Source: Spirochaetia bacterium
Lineage (GTDB): Bacteria > Spirochaetota > Spirochaetia > SZUA-6 > Bin103
DNA length: 64,000 nt
Assembly (NCBI GenBank): GCA_965208575.1
Contig: CBDBOV010000002.1
Coordinates: 448,001-512,000 of the forward strand
Reading direction: 5' to 3'
The position numbers and the translations under genes are program-made. Positions 9,801 to 20,221 of this stretch are shown here, piece after piece. Below the pieces are notes generated by a model. That model saw nothing but the letters and a program-made list of their open reading frames with translations, was not told the origin of the DNA and did no database searches. Numbering within the stretch: the first letter of the stretch is position 1; the number at the start of each line of letters is the position of its first letter.

Positions 9801-10259
9801 CTACTTGCCCTGCGCCATGCGGCGCTTGAGGGCGGCGAGTTCGGCGTCGGCGCGCTGCTCGGCGCCGAGGCGGTCGAGGTCGTCCTTGAGGGTATCGGGC
9901 TCGCCGGTAAGGGACTGGAGCTGCGCCAGGAGGGCCTCGGCGTCGGCGTTGACCACCGGGCCGTGCTGCATGCTCTTCAGGTGGCGCTTCATCACGGCGA
10001 CCTGGGCGGTCAACTCCGCCTCCTCCGACGCCACCCGGCCGAGGCCGTCCTGGATGCGCTGCATTTCGTTGCGGGCCGCGGTGCGCAGCGTTTCGTTGCC
10101 GGCATCCGTGGCCTGCTTGATGCGTTCCTCCCAGGTCTTCAGCGACACCTCCAGGCGCTGGCGCTTCTTGGCCGTGAGGCGCAGCGCGGTGATGTAGCCG
10201 AGCACGTACTCGCGGGCCGCGGCCGGATCGAGACCGGTGAGGTCGGTTTCGTTTTCCAT
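9801..10259 (-). CDS. Coiled-coil protein, PspA/IM30-like C-terminus
   Basis: 152-aa helical protein ending ADAELAALKRRM. Confidence 0.6.
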   Translation of the reverse strand: MENETDLTGLDPAAAREYVLGYITALRLTAKKRQRLEVSLKTWEERIKQATDAGNETLRTAARNEMQRIQDGLGRVASEEAELTAQVAVMKRHLKSMQHGPVVNADAEALLAQLQSLTGEPDTLKDDLDRLGAEQRADAELAALKRRMAQGK

Positions 10260-10334
10260 GCCTCGATTGTAGGAGGGCAGGCACCTTTTGGGTACCGTGT
10301 TACCGTGGGCGCCGAAGTGCGGGCTGGGCGGGCA

Positions 10335-10994
10335 GTGCGGGAACTGACGGATGGCGAGATGCTGGACGATGGACTGCGCCGGCTCGGCATGGGCGGCGAC
10401 CGGCGCCTGCGCGACCGGCTGCAACGGTACGCCGCGCTGATCGAGGCGGCCAACCCGGTGTACCGGCTGGTGGACGCGGATCGGCGGCGGCTGGTCTCCC
10501 ACCACCTGCTGGACAGCCTGGCGGCGGTGCCGGCGCTGCGCGAGGTCGAACCGCGCGCCACGCTGCTGGACGTGGGCAGCGGCGCCGGCCTGCCGGGCGT
10601 GCCGCTGGCCCTGGCCCTGGCCGGCACGCGGGTGATCCTGGTGGAGCGCAGCGCCCGGCGGGCCGCGTTCCTGAACCACGTGCGCCGCGAGTTGGCGCCG
10701 GCAGAGCTGGCCGTGGTCGCCCGCCCGCTGGCCGACGCGGCCCTGGCCCCGGTGGACGTCGTGACTTGGCGAGCGGTGGCGCCGCTGGCGCGCCTGCTGC
10801 CGGATCTGCTGCCGGTGCTGCACGCGCGGTCGACGGTTGCCCTGTACCAGGGCACCGCGGCGACCGTGCAGCGGGAACTGAAGGCCGCGCGCGAAGCGGC
10901 GGGTGCATTGCTGCGCGTGCAGGTGACCCGCCTTGCCGTCCCGCACCTGGACGCCGAGCGCCACCTCGTCCTGCTGCAAGGGTTAAGGAAGTGA
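10335..10994 (+). CDS. rsmG: 16S rRNA (guanine527-N7)-methyltransferase
   Basis: HLLDSL, LDVGSGAGLPGVPLA, VTWRAV, ERHLV motifs; start approximate. Confidence 0.9.
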   Translation: MRELTDGEMLDDGLRRLGMGGDRRLRDRLQRYAALIEAANPVYRLVDADRRRLVSHHLLDSLAAVPALREVEPRATLLDVGSGAGLPGVPLALALAGTRVILVERSARRAAFLNHVRRELAPAELAVVARPLADAALAPVDVVTWRAVAPLARLLPDLLPVLHARSTVALYQGTAATVQRELKAAREAAGALLRVQVTRLAVPHLDAERHLVLLQGLRK

Positions 10995-11384
10995 TTCCCG
11001 TTGCGGCAGGCGGGAGCGCGCGGTGCGCGGCACGCCGCCGCGGCGTGTTGCGCCGCCGCCGGCCTGCCGGCACCCGGTGGCTGCAGGGCGGCGCGCAGGG
11101 TGGCAGGTGCGCAACCTGGAACCATGTGTAGTGCTACGGTGCCGGCCCGCCATGAGGTGCTGAGCCGGGCCGGTCGGCACGCTGGACTTGGTGCCGACTT
11201 CCGCGAAACATACGGCAGGCATCCTTGAGGATGCTGCCCGACAACCCATGAGCAGTGCGTTCAACGTTCCTCCGCTGTCGCGTATCGGTGCACCGATCGC
11301 GCCGCACCGCCGCGGGCGCCGCTACCGCGAACTGATCGATCTTCGGGCGCCGGCAGCGAGCGAACGCGCCCCGGTGTCACTCGC

Positions 11385-12242
11385 ATGATGAGCTTCTGGC
11401 AGGCGGCGGCGCTGGGCGCGCTGCAGGGCATCACCGAATTCCTGCCGGTGTCCAGTTCCGGGCACCTGGTGCTGCTGCGCGAGGTGCTGGCGGTGGGCGA
11501 GGTGCCGCTGCTGTTCGACGTGCTGCTGCACCTGTCGACGCTGGCCGCGACGGTGGTGGTGTTCCGGACGCGGCTGGGCCGGCTGATTGCCGCGGCCATC
11601 GACCTGCTGCGCCCGCCGGCGCGGCGGCGGTGCGGGGCCGATGAGCGGCGTTTGGTGGGTCTGCTGCTGCTGTGCACGGTGGTGACGGGCGGCATCGGCG
11701 TGGCGTTCGGTTCAGTGTTCGGGCTGGTGCTGCTCGGGCCGCGCCAGGTGGCGGCGATGCTGCTGGTCACCGCGGCGCTGCTGCTCGCCGCCCGCTGGCT
11801 GCGCGGGGCCGCCGCCCCGCGCGCCGATGCGCCCGCCGAGGTACGCGCCGGCGCGCCGCGGGGTGCCGGCTGGCAGCCGCGCTGGCCGTGGGCGCTGCTG
11901 GTGGGCGTGGTGCAGGGGCTGGCGGTGATCCCCGGCATATCCCGCTCCGGCGCCACTATCGCGGCCGGCGTGCTGGCGGGAGCGGATCGCGAGACCGCGG
12001 CCGACTTCTCGTTCCTGGCCTCGGTGCCGGCCATCCTGGGCGCGCTGGCGGTGTCGCTGCCCGAGCTGTCCGCCCTGGAGGAGGCGGTCGACGCAACCGC
12101 GCTGGCCGCCGGCATGGCGGTGTCGTTCGCCGCCGGCTGGCTGGCGCTGACGGCGCTGCTGCGCATCGTGCGCCGCGGCCGGCTGCACCTGTTCTCCCTG
12201 TACCTGGTACCGGTCGGCATCATCGGCCTGACCGTGCTGTAG
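11385..12242 (+). CDS. uppP: Undecaprenyl-diphosphate phosphatase
   Basis: QGITEFLPVSSSGHL and PGISRSGATI motifs. Confidence 0.95.
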   Translation: MMSFWQAAALGALQGITEFLPVSSSGHLVLLREVLAVGEVPLLFDVLLHLSTLAATVVVFRTRLGRLIAAAIDLLRPPARRRCGADERRLVGLLLLCTVVTGGIGVAFGSVFGLVLLGPRQVAAMLLVTAALLLAARWLRGAAAPRADAPAEVRAGAPRGAGWQPRWPWALLVGVVQGLAVIPGISRSGATIAAGVLAGADRETAADFSFLASVPAILGALAVSLPELSALEEAVDATALAAGMAVSFAAGWLALTALLRIVRRGRLHLFSLYLVPVGIIGLTVL

Positions 12243-12379
12243 CGCGCTCCCCGGCCGGTGTCGAGGCTGCCGGTCGGGGCTCGGTTGGAGCGCCCGCATG
12301 CCGATACTTGGGATATGGGAACCCATGCGCAGCGGGCGGCGGCCGCGCCCTGCCCGCGCCCGGCAGCGGTACCGGCGCG

Positions 12380-14935
12380 ATGAACATTGCCAGGTGGACA
12401 CGGAGCTGGCGGAACTCCGGCCAGGGCATACAGCAGGTCTGCGCGGTGGCGCTGGCGGCCACCGGCACCTTTGCCCTCGCCTCGCTGATACCGTTCCTGG
12501 CGGCCGGGCGGCCGTCCACGGCGCCGTTTCCGCTCAACGTGCTGTACGCGCCCGCCTGGTTCCTGTTCGACTCGTTTCTCTGGTTCGGGCTGCTGATTCC
12601 CGTGCTCTGCTACGTGTACGTGATCGTGCTCTACAACGACCGCGTGACGCGCGAGGTGATGGCCTCGCTGGTCGCGGTGGGATTGTTCCTGCCGGTGCTC
12701 GGAGCGCTCAGCCACGTGTTGCTTGCCGAAGACGGCGCGTTCGCGGCCGTGGCGCTGGTGGAGGCGTTCGGCCGGGTGCCGGCGGCCATTCTGCTGATCC
12801 TGATCCTGATGCTGGAGAGCGTCGCCTTCTTCGCGCTGCTGAAGCGGTGGCGCGAGCGGGCGCGCCGTACCGCGTCCGAGCAGCCGCAGGACGCGCGGGA
12901 GGCTCGCGACCCGCACGAGGCGCACGAGGCGCACGGGGATACGGCTCCGGCCCGCACGGCGCCGGGCGGAAAGGAGGACCGCGACCGCACCGCGGATGGC
13001 CCGCCGCACTACGCGAACGGCGCCGCGCAGCCGTACGTGAACGGGCCGGCGCATGGCTACCTCGCCGGCGTCAACGGCGCGTCGCCGCCGCACCCCGACG
13101 GCGTGACGTCTTACGTCGACGGGGTCAACGGGACGGTCCCGCCGCCCGCGGGCGGCAATGAGGGCAACGAGGGCAATGAGTCCGTGGGCGAGTATGTAGA
13201 TGAGCCGGAGTACCCGGCCCACGACGGGTCCGCCGCCGTCCACGGCGGGCCGCCTACCCTGGCCGACGAGCCGCTGCCCGCGCGCGCCCTGCCCGAGGAA
13301 CCGGCGGCGTCCGCGGCACCCGGCAGCACGCAACCGGTCGAGGACACGGCCGCGGCCCTCGACCTGGCGCAACCGGACGGCTCCGAAGGCGAGCCGAACC
13401 CGGTGGCATTCGTGGTTCCGGCTGACGAGGAAGCGGAGGCCGAGCCGGACCCGGCGGCAAAGCCGGCCGCGAAGCCGCGCTCCGGGCGCCCCCGCCGCCG
13501 CGGCTACAGCGTGCCGCTGGAGATCCTCGACGAACACGAGTCGGAGGAGCCGTGGCAGGTGGAAAACGACACCCGCGAGGCGGCCGCCACGCTGATGACC
13601 ACGCTCGGCGAGTTTCGCATCGACGCCGAGGTCACCGGCGTGCGCCGCGGTCCGGTCATCACCATGTTCGAGATCCTGCCGGCGCCGGGGGTGAAGATCT
13701 CGCGCATCGTCAACCTGGCCGACAACATCGCCCTGCGCCTGGCGGCCTCGCGGGTGCGCATCGTGGCGCCGATTCCGGGCAAGCACGCGGTCGGCATCGA
13801 GGTGCCCAACCGCCACCGCGCCGTGGTCGGATTTCGCGACCTGGTCAGCCAGCGGGCGTTCCGGCCGGCACCGCGGTCGCTGGTCGACGGCGTGCCGATC
13901 GCGCTCGGCAAGGACATCACCGGCGAGACCCAGGTGATCGACCTGACGGCCACGCCACACCTGCTGATCGCGGGCGCCACCGGCGCCGGCAAGTCGGTGC
14001 TGGTCAACACACTGATCTGTTCGATTCTGTACTCGCGCACCCCGGAACAGGTGCGGCTGCTGCTGATCGATCCCAAGATCGTCGAGCTCAAGCTGTACAA
14101 CGACGTGCCGCACCTGCTCACGCCGGTGATCACCGACCCCAAGCGCGCGTTTCAGGCGCTGCAGTACTGCCTGTACGAGATGGAACGCCGCTACGCGCTG
14201 CTCGACCACCTCGGTGTGCGCGACATCCGTTCCTACAACCGCAAGCTGACCGAGCGCGACGACCCGCTCACCCATGGCCCGCTGCCTTACCTGGTGATCG
14301 TGATCGACGAGTTCGCCGACCTGATGGCCACCACCGGCAAGGAGCTGGAGGCGACCCTGGCGCGGCTGGCGGCGATGGCGCGCGCGGTGGGCATCCACAT
14401 CGTGCTGGCCACGCAGCGGCCCTCCATCGACGTGATCACCGGCCTGATCAAGGCCAACATCCCGTCGCGCATCGCGTTCATGGTGGCGAGCAAGTTCGAC
14501 TCGCGCATCATCATCGATGCGGTGGGCGCCGAGAAGCTGCTCGGGCGCGGCGACATGCTGTTCGTGCCGGCCTGGGACGCCAACCCGCTGCGCATCCAGG
14601 GTGCCCTGGTGTCGGAGGAAGAGGTGGAGCGGGTGACAGAGAAAGTGCGCGAACTGGGCGAGCCGGACTACATCGACGAGGACATCCTGTTCGACGACGA
14701 CGAGGCGGAGCTGGTCCTGGAGCCGGGAGCGGGCGACCCGATGATGGAGCAGGCGCTGGAGATCGTGGCCGGCGCCGGCAAGGCATCCGCCTCCTACCTG
14801 CAGCGCAAGCTCAAGATCGGCTACAACCGCGCCGCCCGCCTGGTCGAGGAGATGGAGCAGCGCGGCATCGTCGGTCCCGCCAACGGCAGCAAGCCGCGCG
14901 AAATCCTGCACCTGCCCAACCGCGACAAGAGCTGA
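12380..14935 (+). CDS. ftsK: DNA translocase FtsK/SpoIIIE
   Basis: N-terminal TMs, long linker, PHLLIAGATGAGKS, IDEFADLM, ATQRPS, gamma domain LQRKLKIGYNRAARL. Confidence 0.95.
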   Translation: MNIARWTRSWRNSGQGIQQVCAVALAATGTFALASLIPFLAAGRPSTAPFPLNVLYAPAWFLFDSFLWFGLLIPVLCYVYVIVLYNDRVTREVMASLVAVGLFLPVLGALSHVLLAEDGAFAAVALVEAFGRVPAAILLILILMLESVAFFALLKRWRERARRTASEQPQDAREARDPHEAHEAHGDTAPARTAPGGKEDRDRTADGPPHYANGAAQPYVNGPAHGYLAGVNGASPPHPDGVTSYVDGVNGTVPPPAGGNEGNEGNESVGEYVDEPEYPAHDGSAAVHGGPPTLADEPLPARALPEEPAASAAPGSTQPVEDTAAALDLAQPDGSEGEPNPVAFVVPADEEAEAEPDPAAKPAAKPRSGRPRRRGYSVPLEILDEHESEEPWQVENDTREAAATLMTTLGEFRIDAEVTGVRRGPVITMFEILPAPGVKISRIVNLADNIALRLAASRVRIVAPIPGKHAVGIEVPNRHRAVVGFRDLVSQRAFRPAPRSLVDGVPIALGKDITGETQVIDLTATPHLLIAGATGAGKSVLVNTLICSILYSRTPEQVRLLLIDPKIVELKLYNDVPHLLTPVITDPKRAFQALQYCLYEMERRYALLDHLGVRDIRSYNRKLTERDDPLTHGPLPYLVIVIDEFADLMATTGKELEATLARLAAMARAVGIHIVLATQRPSIDVITGLIKANIPSRIAFMVASKFDSRIIIDAVGAEKLLGRGDMLFVPAWDANPLRIQGALVSEEEVERVTEKVRELGEPDYIDEDILFDDDEAELVLEPGAGDPMMEQALEIVAGAGKASASYLQRKLKIGYNRAARLVEEMEQRGIVGPANGSKPREILHLPNRDKS

Positions 14936-14959
14936 CCGCGGCGCCGGCCGGCACCGGAT

Positions 14960-15898
14960 TCACCCGGCGGGCAGGTCCAGTTCGCGGCGCAGGGCGCCGT
15001 CCAGGGTCGGTTCCAGCCAGCGGAAGCCGAGCTCGGCGAGCCGCGCCGGGACCACGGCCCTGCCGTTGAGGATGAGCTGGTCGCCCATCTCGCCGAACAG
15101 CAGCCGGATGGCGATGCCGGGAACGGGCGCGAACGCCGGGCGGCGCAGCACGGCGGCGAGCGTGCGGGTGAACTCGCGGTTGGTGGCCGGCTCGGGAGCC
15201 ACCACGTTGAAGGCGCCGTGCGCCTGCTCGTTGCGAATCAGGAAGTGCAGGGCGGCCACCGCGTCATCCAGCCCGATCCAGCTTATCGCCTGCCGGCCGC
15301 TGCCCACCACGCCGCCGGCCCCGAGCCGGAACACCGGCAGCAGCCGCTTCAGCATGCCCGCCTCGCTGCTCAACACCGGGCCCAGGCGGGCGTGCGCAAC
15401 GCGGATGCCGGCCGCGCGCGCCGGGTCGGCGGCCTGCTCCCAGGCGGCCGTCACCTCGCTCAGGAAGCCGTGACCGGCCGGCGCCGATTCGTCCGCGGCG
15501 CCGTCGCCGTCGTCGTAGTAGCCGATCGCGGACGCCGACACCAGCACCGCCGGCGGGCGGCGCAGCGATGCGAGCGCGCCGCACAGCAGGGCGGTGGAGG
15601 TGACGCGGCTGTCGCGGATGCGCTGCCGGCGCGCCGCGGTCCAGCGGCCGGCGCCGATGTTCTCGCCGGACAGGTGGATCGCCGCGTCGAACCCCTCCAG
15701 TCCGTCCGCGTCGAGTTGCCCGGCGGCGGGATCCCAGCGGATCTCGGCGGTAGACGCGGGCGTCCGCCTCACCAGGCGTACCACCCGGTGGCCGCCGCCC
15801 TCCAGCGACTCGGCGAGGGCACGGCCGATCAATCCCGACGCGCCGGAGATGAGTACGCGCAACGGATCCGTGGAGTGTTCACCGGTGGCCATGTCCAT
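14960..15898 (-). CDS. TIGR01777 (YfcH-like) NAD-dependent epimerase
   Basis: ISGASGLIG, RWT..I..SRV, SASAIGYY, GSGRQAISWI. Confidence 0.9.
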   Translation of the reverse strand: MDMATGEHSTDPLRVLISGASGLIGRALAESLEGGGHRVVRLVRRTPASTAEIRWDPAAGQLDADGLEGFDAAIHLSGENIGAGRWTAARRQRIRDSRVTSTALLCGALASLRRPPAVLVSASAIGYYDDGDGAADESAPAGHGFLSEVTAAWEQAADPARAAGIRVAHARLGPVLSSEAGMLKRLLPVFRLGAGGVVGSGRQAISWIGLDDAVAALHFLIRNEQAHGAFNVVAPEPATNREFTRTLAAVLRRPAFAPVPGIAIRLLFGEMGDQLILNGRAVVPARLAELGFRWLEPTLDGALRRELDLPAG

Positions 15899-15966
15899 AC
15901 GCTACCGGAAAGCCGGCGTCGCAGCCACGCCGCGTGCGGACCGGTGGCGCGGGCAGCGGCGGCAGG

Positions 15967-16668
15967 TCAGGTGGCCGGCTTCATGGCGCCGACCGCCGAC
16001 GCGATGGCGGAGGCCGCCATGAAGGTGGAGGTGTGCTCGGAGTTGATCACCATGTGGTAGAGCGCGGTGTCGTCCCAGTTGACGTGATAGTTGCGCGATA
16101 CGAACGCGGACCGGCGCCGGTCGCTGGTGCGCACCAGGTGCAGCGCCTCGCGGAACGTGATGCCCTCCTCGCCCGCGTAGCGCTCGGCGCGGCTTTCCTC
16201 GGAGGCGACGATGCGTACCCGCAGCACGTCGGAGAAGTCGCGCAGCAGCACCATGCCGCCGCGCCCGACGACGATCACCCGGCCGCGTTCGCCGAGCCGG
16301 CGAATGGTCTGTTGAATGAGCCGGTGGTATTGCTGGCGGTCGAGAAAGTGCACCTCCTCGCCGATTTCGGGGTCGGAGGGCGGCACGAAGATGCCGCCCG
16401 GGCCGTGGTAGGACAGGTCGACCAGCGACGACGCGGAGGGCACGTTGGCCATGCTCTCCATGGTGAACCAGCGGGTCAGGAAACCGCGTACGCCGGGCTC
16501 CTCCACTTCGTCGATTTCAGCCACCTCTTCCGGATCGACGTGCGCCTCGCGCGCCACCTCGGTGATCAGCGCCTTGTCGACCACGTCGTAGCCGAGCAGT
16601 TCCGCGGCCCGGATGCCGATGGCGCGGGCGCCGCTGCCGAGTTGCCGGGAAATGGTTACCACTGCCAT
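15967..16668 (-). CDS. Cytidylate kinase-like family protein
   Basis: VVTISRQLGSGA, VIVVGRGG, D..R..F...Y..NW...YHMVINS. Confidence 0.85.
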   Translation of the reverse strand: MAVVTISRQLGSGARAIGIRAAELLGYDVVDKALITEVAREAHVDPEEVAEIDEVEEPGVRGFLTRWFTMESMANVPSASSLVDLSYHGPGGIFVPPSDPEIGEEVHFLDRQQYHRLIQQTIRRLGERGRVIVVGRGGMVLLRDFSDVLRVRIVASEESRAERYAGEEGITFREALHLVRTSDRRRSAFVSRNYHVNWDDTALYHMVINSEHTSTFMAASAIASAVGAMKPAT

Positions 16669-16799
16669 GTCACTCTCCCGCGCGCCGCCGATACCACCCC
16701 GCCAGGCGATGTCCGGGTGCGCGGTGCGGGCGCCGGGCGCACAAGGAGGGCCGGCAAACCGCGCGAACCGGGTGTGGCGGCTGACGGACAGCGCGCTTA

Positions 16800-16873
<74 letters not shown>

Positions 16874-16945
16874 GCGAGGAACCGGCATGGTACACGAACG
16901 CCATACCGGCTACTACCCCGAAAAACCGCGCCCGCCCGCCCGAAG

Positions 16946-18268
16946 TTACACCGCTCCGTGCGGCGCCGCTTCCGGTCCCGCCGGAAGCGTGGCGGCGTAG
17001 CGGTGCAGGGCGCGCAGGCGCTCGGTCAGGGTGGGGTGGGTGTAGTGGTAGGCGCTGTACCAGGGGTGTGGATGGGGATTGCTCAGGTTGTCGCGGCTGA
17101 GCGTGATGAGGGCGCCGGCCAGGGCGCCGGCGCCGCCGGTGGCGCGCGCGGCATAGCGGTCCGCCTCGTACTCGTGGCGCCGGATCCAGCCGTTGGCGGC
17201 CGGCTGCAGGAAGAAGGTGGCGGGGCCCGACAGCAGCGAGAGAATGACCAGCGCCGCGTGCGAACTCGGCTCGCCGGCGCCGGCGGCGTGGAAGCCGAAC
17301 GCCGCGAACAGCGCCGGCTGGTGCAGCAGCACGCTGATCAGCCACAGCCCGAGCAGGGTGAGCAGCAGGCTCAGGGCGACGTGCTTGAGGACGTGGCGCC
17401 GTTTCTCATGGCCGATCTCGTGCGCCAGCACCGCCTCCACCTGCGGCTCGTCGAGCGTGTTCAGCAGGGTGTCGAACAGCACGATGCGCTTGGCGCCGCC
17501 GAAGCCCGCGAAATAGGCGTTGCTGTGCTGCGAGCGCCGGCTGCCGTCCATCACCAGCACCGACCTGACCCGGAACCGCAGGCGTTCCGCCAGCGCCACC
17601 AGGCGCTGCTTGAGCGTGCCCTCGGCGAGCGGCCGGAACTTGTTGAACAGCGGCGCGATGAGCGGCTGGTACAGGTAGTTGACCAGCAGTTGGAAAGCGG
17701 CCACGAAGCAGAACGCCCAGACCCACCACAGCGCCCCGGTTTCGGCCATGAACCAGAACAGCCCGAGCAGCAGCGGTACGCCGAGGATCAGCGTGAGCAG
17801 CAGGCTCTTGAGCTGGTCGAGGAAGAAGGTGGCCATCGTCATGCGGTTGAAGCCGAACCGGGCCTCGATCACGAACTGGCCGTACAGGCGCAGGCCGAGT
17901 GTCAGCAACATGCTCGCCACCGCCAACAGCACCACGAACGCGGCCCCGGCCAGCAATGGCGAGGCGATGCCGTGCGCCGCCAGCCAGCCGGCGAGCGCGC
18001 GGTCGAGCGCGCCGAGGGCGCCGCCGGCCACCACCGCCAGCGTGACGGCGACGAGCAGCGCGCGGCGCACCAGGCCGAGGCGGCTGCGCGCGAGCTGGTA
18101 GTCGCGCATGCGCGCCACGGTGGCCGCGTCGAGTACCTCCTCCAACTCCGCGGGCGGCCGCGGGTGGCGGGCGCCGTGGCGCAGGTTGAGCAGGGTGAGC
18201 AGCGTCTCGCTGCCCTGCTGCACCAGGTACAGGACGATCCACAGCAGCAGAATGGCGCCGGCGTCCAT
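16946..18268 (-). CDS. M48 family (Ste24-like) membrane zinc metallopeptidase
   Basis: DGSRRSQHSNAYF, AHEIGHE, EYEAD, YTHPTLTER. Confidence 0.92.
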   Translation of the reverse strand: MDAGAILLLWIVLYLVQQGSETLLTLLNLRHGARHPRPPAELEEVLDAATVARMRDYQLARSRLGLVRRALLVAVTLAVVAGGALGALDRALAGWLAAHGIASPLLAGAAFVVLLAVASMLLTLGLRLYGQFVIEARFGFNRMTMATFFLDQLKSLLLTLILGVPLLLGLFWFMAETGALWWVWAFCFVAAFQLLVNYLYQPLIAPLFNKFRPLAEGTLKQRLVALAERLRFRVRSVLVMDGSRRSQHSNAYFAGFGGAKRIVLFDTLLNTLDEPQVEAVLAHEIGHEKRRHVLKHVALSLLLTLLGLWLISVLLHQPALFAAFGFHAAGAGEPSSHAALVILSLLSGPATFFLQPAANGWIRRHEYEADRYAARATGGAGALAGALITLSRDNLSNPHPHPWYSAYHYTHPTLTERLRALHRYAATLPAGPEAAPHGAV

Positions 18269-18375
18269 CAACCGGCCCTGACAGCCCGTGCGGCGCGAGT
18301 CGGTCTCGGCCGCGGGCCACGGTTCCATGCGATTGCCACGTTGGCAACAAGTATATTCTATAATTCGGCGGCAGG

Positions 18376-19386
18376 ATGATGAGCTACGGCCCGCAACCGT
18401 ACCTGAATGCGCTCGGCTCGCGCTACGCGGCGCCCGACGGGGGCGGCGTGGGCGTGGAGGCGGGCGGCACGGCCGACCCGCGGCTCGATCCCTACTCGCG
18501 AGCCGTGATCGAAGCGGTCGACGCGGTGTCGCCGGCGGTGGTCAACCTCGATACCGCGGACGGCGCGGCCTCCGGATTCATCTTCACGCCCGACGGCTTC
18601 ATCCTCACCAACAGCCACGTGGTGGCCGACGCCGAGTCGCTGACCGCCACGCTCGCGGACGGGCGGCAGTTCGAGGCGCACCTGGTAGGCGCCGATCCGG
18701 AGACCGACCTTGCGGTGGTGCGGATCTCCGGCGACGACCTGGTGGCGGCGCCGCTCGGCGACTCCTCGGCGATCCGCGTGGGTCAACTGGTGGTCGCCAT
18801 CGGCAACCCGTACGGGTTCCAGTACACGGTGACCGCGGGCGTGGTGAGCGCGATGGGCCGCACGCTGCGATCCGGCGGCGGGCGCCAGGTGAACGACGTG
18901 ATCCAGACCGACGCCCCGCTCAACCCCGGCAACTCGGGCGGACCGCTGGTCACCTCCTACGGCGAGGTGGTGGGGGTCAACACGGCGGCCATCGTGCCGG
19001 CGCAGGGCATCTGCTTCGCGACCGCCATCAACACGGCCAAGTACGTGAGCATGTACCTGATGCGCGAAGGCCGCGTGCGGCGCAGCTACATCGGCATCGG
19101 CGGCCACAACGTCGCCATTTCCCGGCAGGTGGTGCGCCACCTGAAGCTGCGGGTGGAGACCGGGGTGATGGTGGAATCGGTCATGGTGCGCGGGCCGGCC
19201 GGGCGCGCCGGGCTGCTGCGCGGCGACGTGATCATTGCCTTCGGAGACCGCCCGATATCCGCAATCGACCAGCTCGACAAGCTGCTCGACGACCGCGCGG
19301 TGGGGCAGCCGACGCCGGTGACCGTGCTGCGCCGCGCCAGCGTGCGCCACCTCACCATCACCCCCGACGAATACGACGGCGGCTGA
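18376..19386 (+). CDS. HtrA/DegS-like trypsin serine protease with PDZ domain
   Basis: TNSHVV, DLAV, IQTDAPLNPGNSGGPL, C-terminal PDZ. Confidence 0.92.
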   Translation: MMSYGPQPYLNALGSRYAAPDGGGVGVEAGGTADPRLDPYSRAVIEAVDAVSPAVVNLDTADGAASGFIFTPDGFILTNSHVVADAESLTATLADGRQFEAHLVGADPETDLAVVRISGDDLVAAPLGDSSAIRVGQLVVAIGNPYGFQYTVTAGVVSAMGRTLRSGGGRQVNDVIQTDAPLNPGNSGGPLVTSYGEVVGVNTAAIVPAQGICFATAINTAKYVSMYLMREGRVRRSYIGIGGHNVAISRQVVRHLKLRVETGVMVESVMVRGPAGRAGLLRGDVIIAFGDRPISAIDQLDKLLDDRAVGQPTPVTVLRRASVRHLTITPDEYDGG

Positions 19387-19494
19387 CCGCACCGACCGTC
19401 GGCAGGCGGTGCCGCAACGACAGCGGCACCAGCCGGCACATGCCGGGACAGCTCCGTGGTAGACAAACCCATATTTATGGCGCATGGTGGTCTG

Positions 19495-19746
19495 ATGAAG
19501 ACGACGATCGAAATTCCGGATCGGCTGTTCCGCGAAGTGAAGGTCAGCGCGGCCTCCCGGGGAGAGTCGCTCCGTCAGTTCTTCACGGAAGCAGTTGTCG
19601 AGAGACTGCGCCACGTGGACGCGCAATCGAGGAAGCCCTGGATGAAGCACTACGGCGCTCTCAGGGATTACTCGGACGAGTTGGACCGCATCGAGCGGAT
19701 CGTGGAGAATGAATTCGAGAGTGTCCGCCAGCACGATTGGGCATGA
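19495..19746 (+). CDS. VapB-type RHH antitoxin
   Basis: MKTTIEIPDRLFREVK..AA..G; ATGA-coupled to a PIN gene. Confidence 0.75.
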   Translation: MKTTIEIPDRLFREVKVSAASRGESLRQFFTEAVVERLRHVDAQSRKPWMKHYGALRDYSDELDRIERIVENEFESVRQHDWA

Positions 19747-20120
19747 TCCTCGACACGAACGCCCTGTCCGCATTCCTGAAGGAGGATCGGGCGGTCCTGC
19801 GCCACGTCGACGACGCCGACGCATTCTGCGTACCGGTGATCGTGCTCGGTGAATACCGATATGGACTGTCAGGATCGAGGGATCGTGCTCAGCTCACCGC
19901 GAAACTTGACGCGCTGATTGCTGACGCGACTGTGCTCATGGTCGATGAGTTCACGACACGCGTGTATGCCGCGGTTCGCGCGGAGCTCAAGAGTGCGGGC
20001 ACACCGATCCCGGAGAACGACGTCTGGATCGCCGCGCTCGTTCGCCAGCACCACATGCCGCTGCTGACCCGGGATCGGCATTTCGACCAAGTCGCGCAGC
20101 TCGAGCGAGTGAGTTGGTAG
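19743..20120 (+). CDS. vapC: VapC PIN-domain toxin
   Basis: ILDTN, IPENDVWIAA, LLTRDRHF. Confidence 0.9.
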   Translation: MILDTNALSAFLKEDRAVLRHVDDADAFCVPVIVLGEYRYGLSGSRDRAQLTAKLDALIADATVLMVDEFTTRVYAAVRAELKSAGTPIPENDVWIAALVRQHHMPLLTRDRHFDQVAQLERVSW

Positions 20121-20221
20121 CGGTGAGCGTCCCTGGGGCATGTCGGCGGCGTCCGCCGCCGTCGACATGCGAAATCCGCGGCTGACAACGGCGCGCGGGA
20201 CGCAGCATAATTGGCAGCGAT

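Noticed and set aside
12900-13180. Short repeats in the ftsK linker (HEA, GNE, NG motifs)
   Set aside because: Ordinary low-complexity FtsK linker
11261-14911. 1,216-aa minus-strand ORF and similar long ORFs (22289-25357, 54686-57364)
   Set aside because: Antisense shadows of real high-GC genes with no motifs
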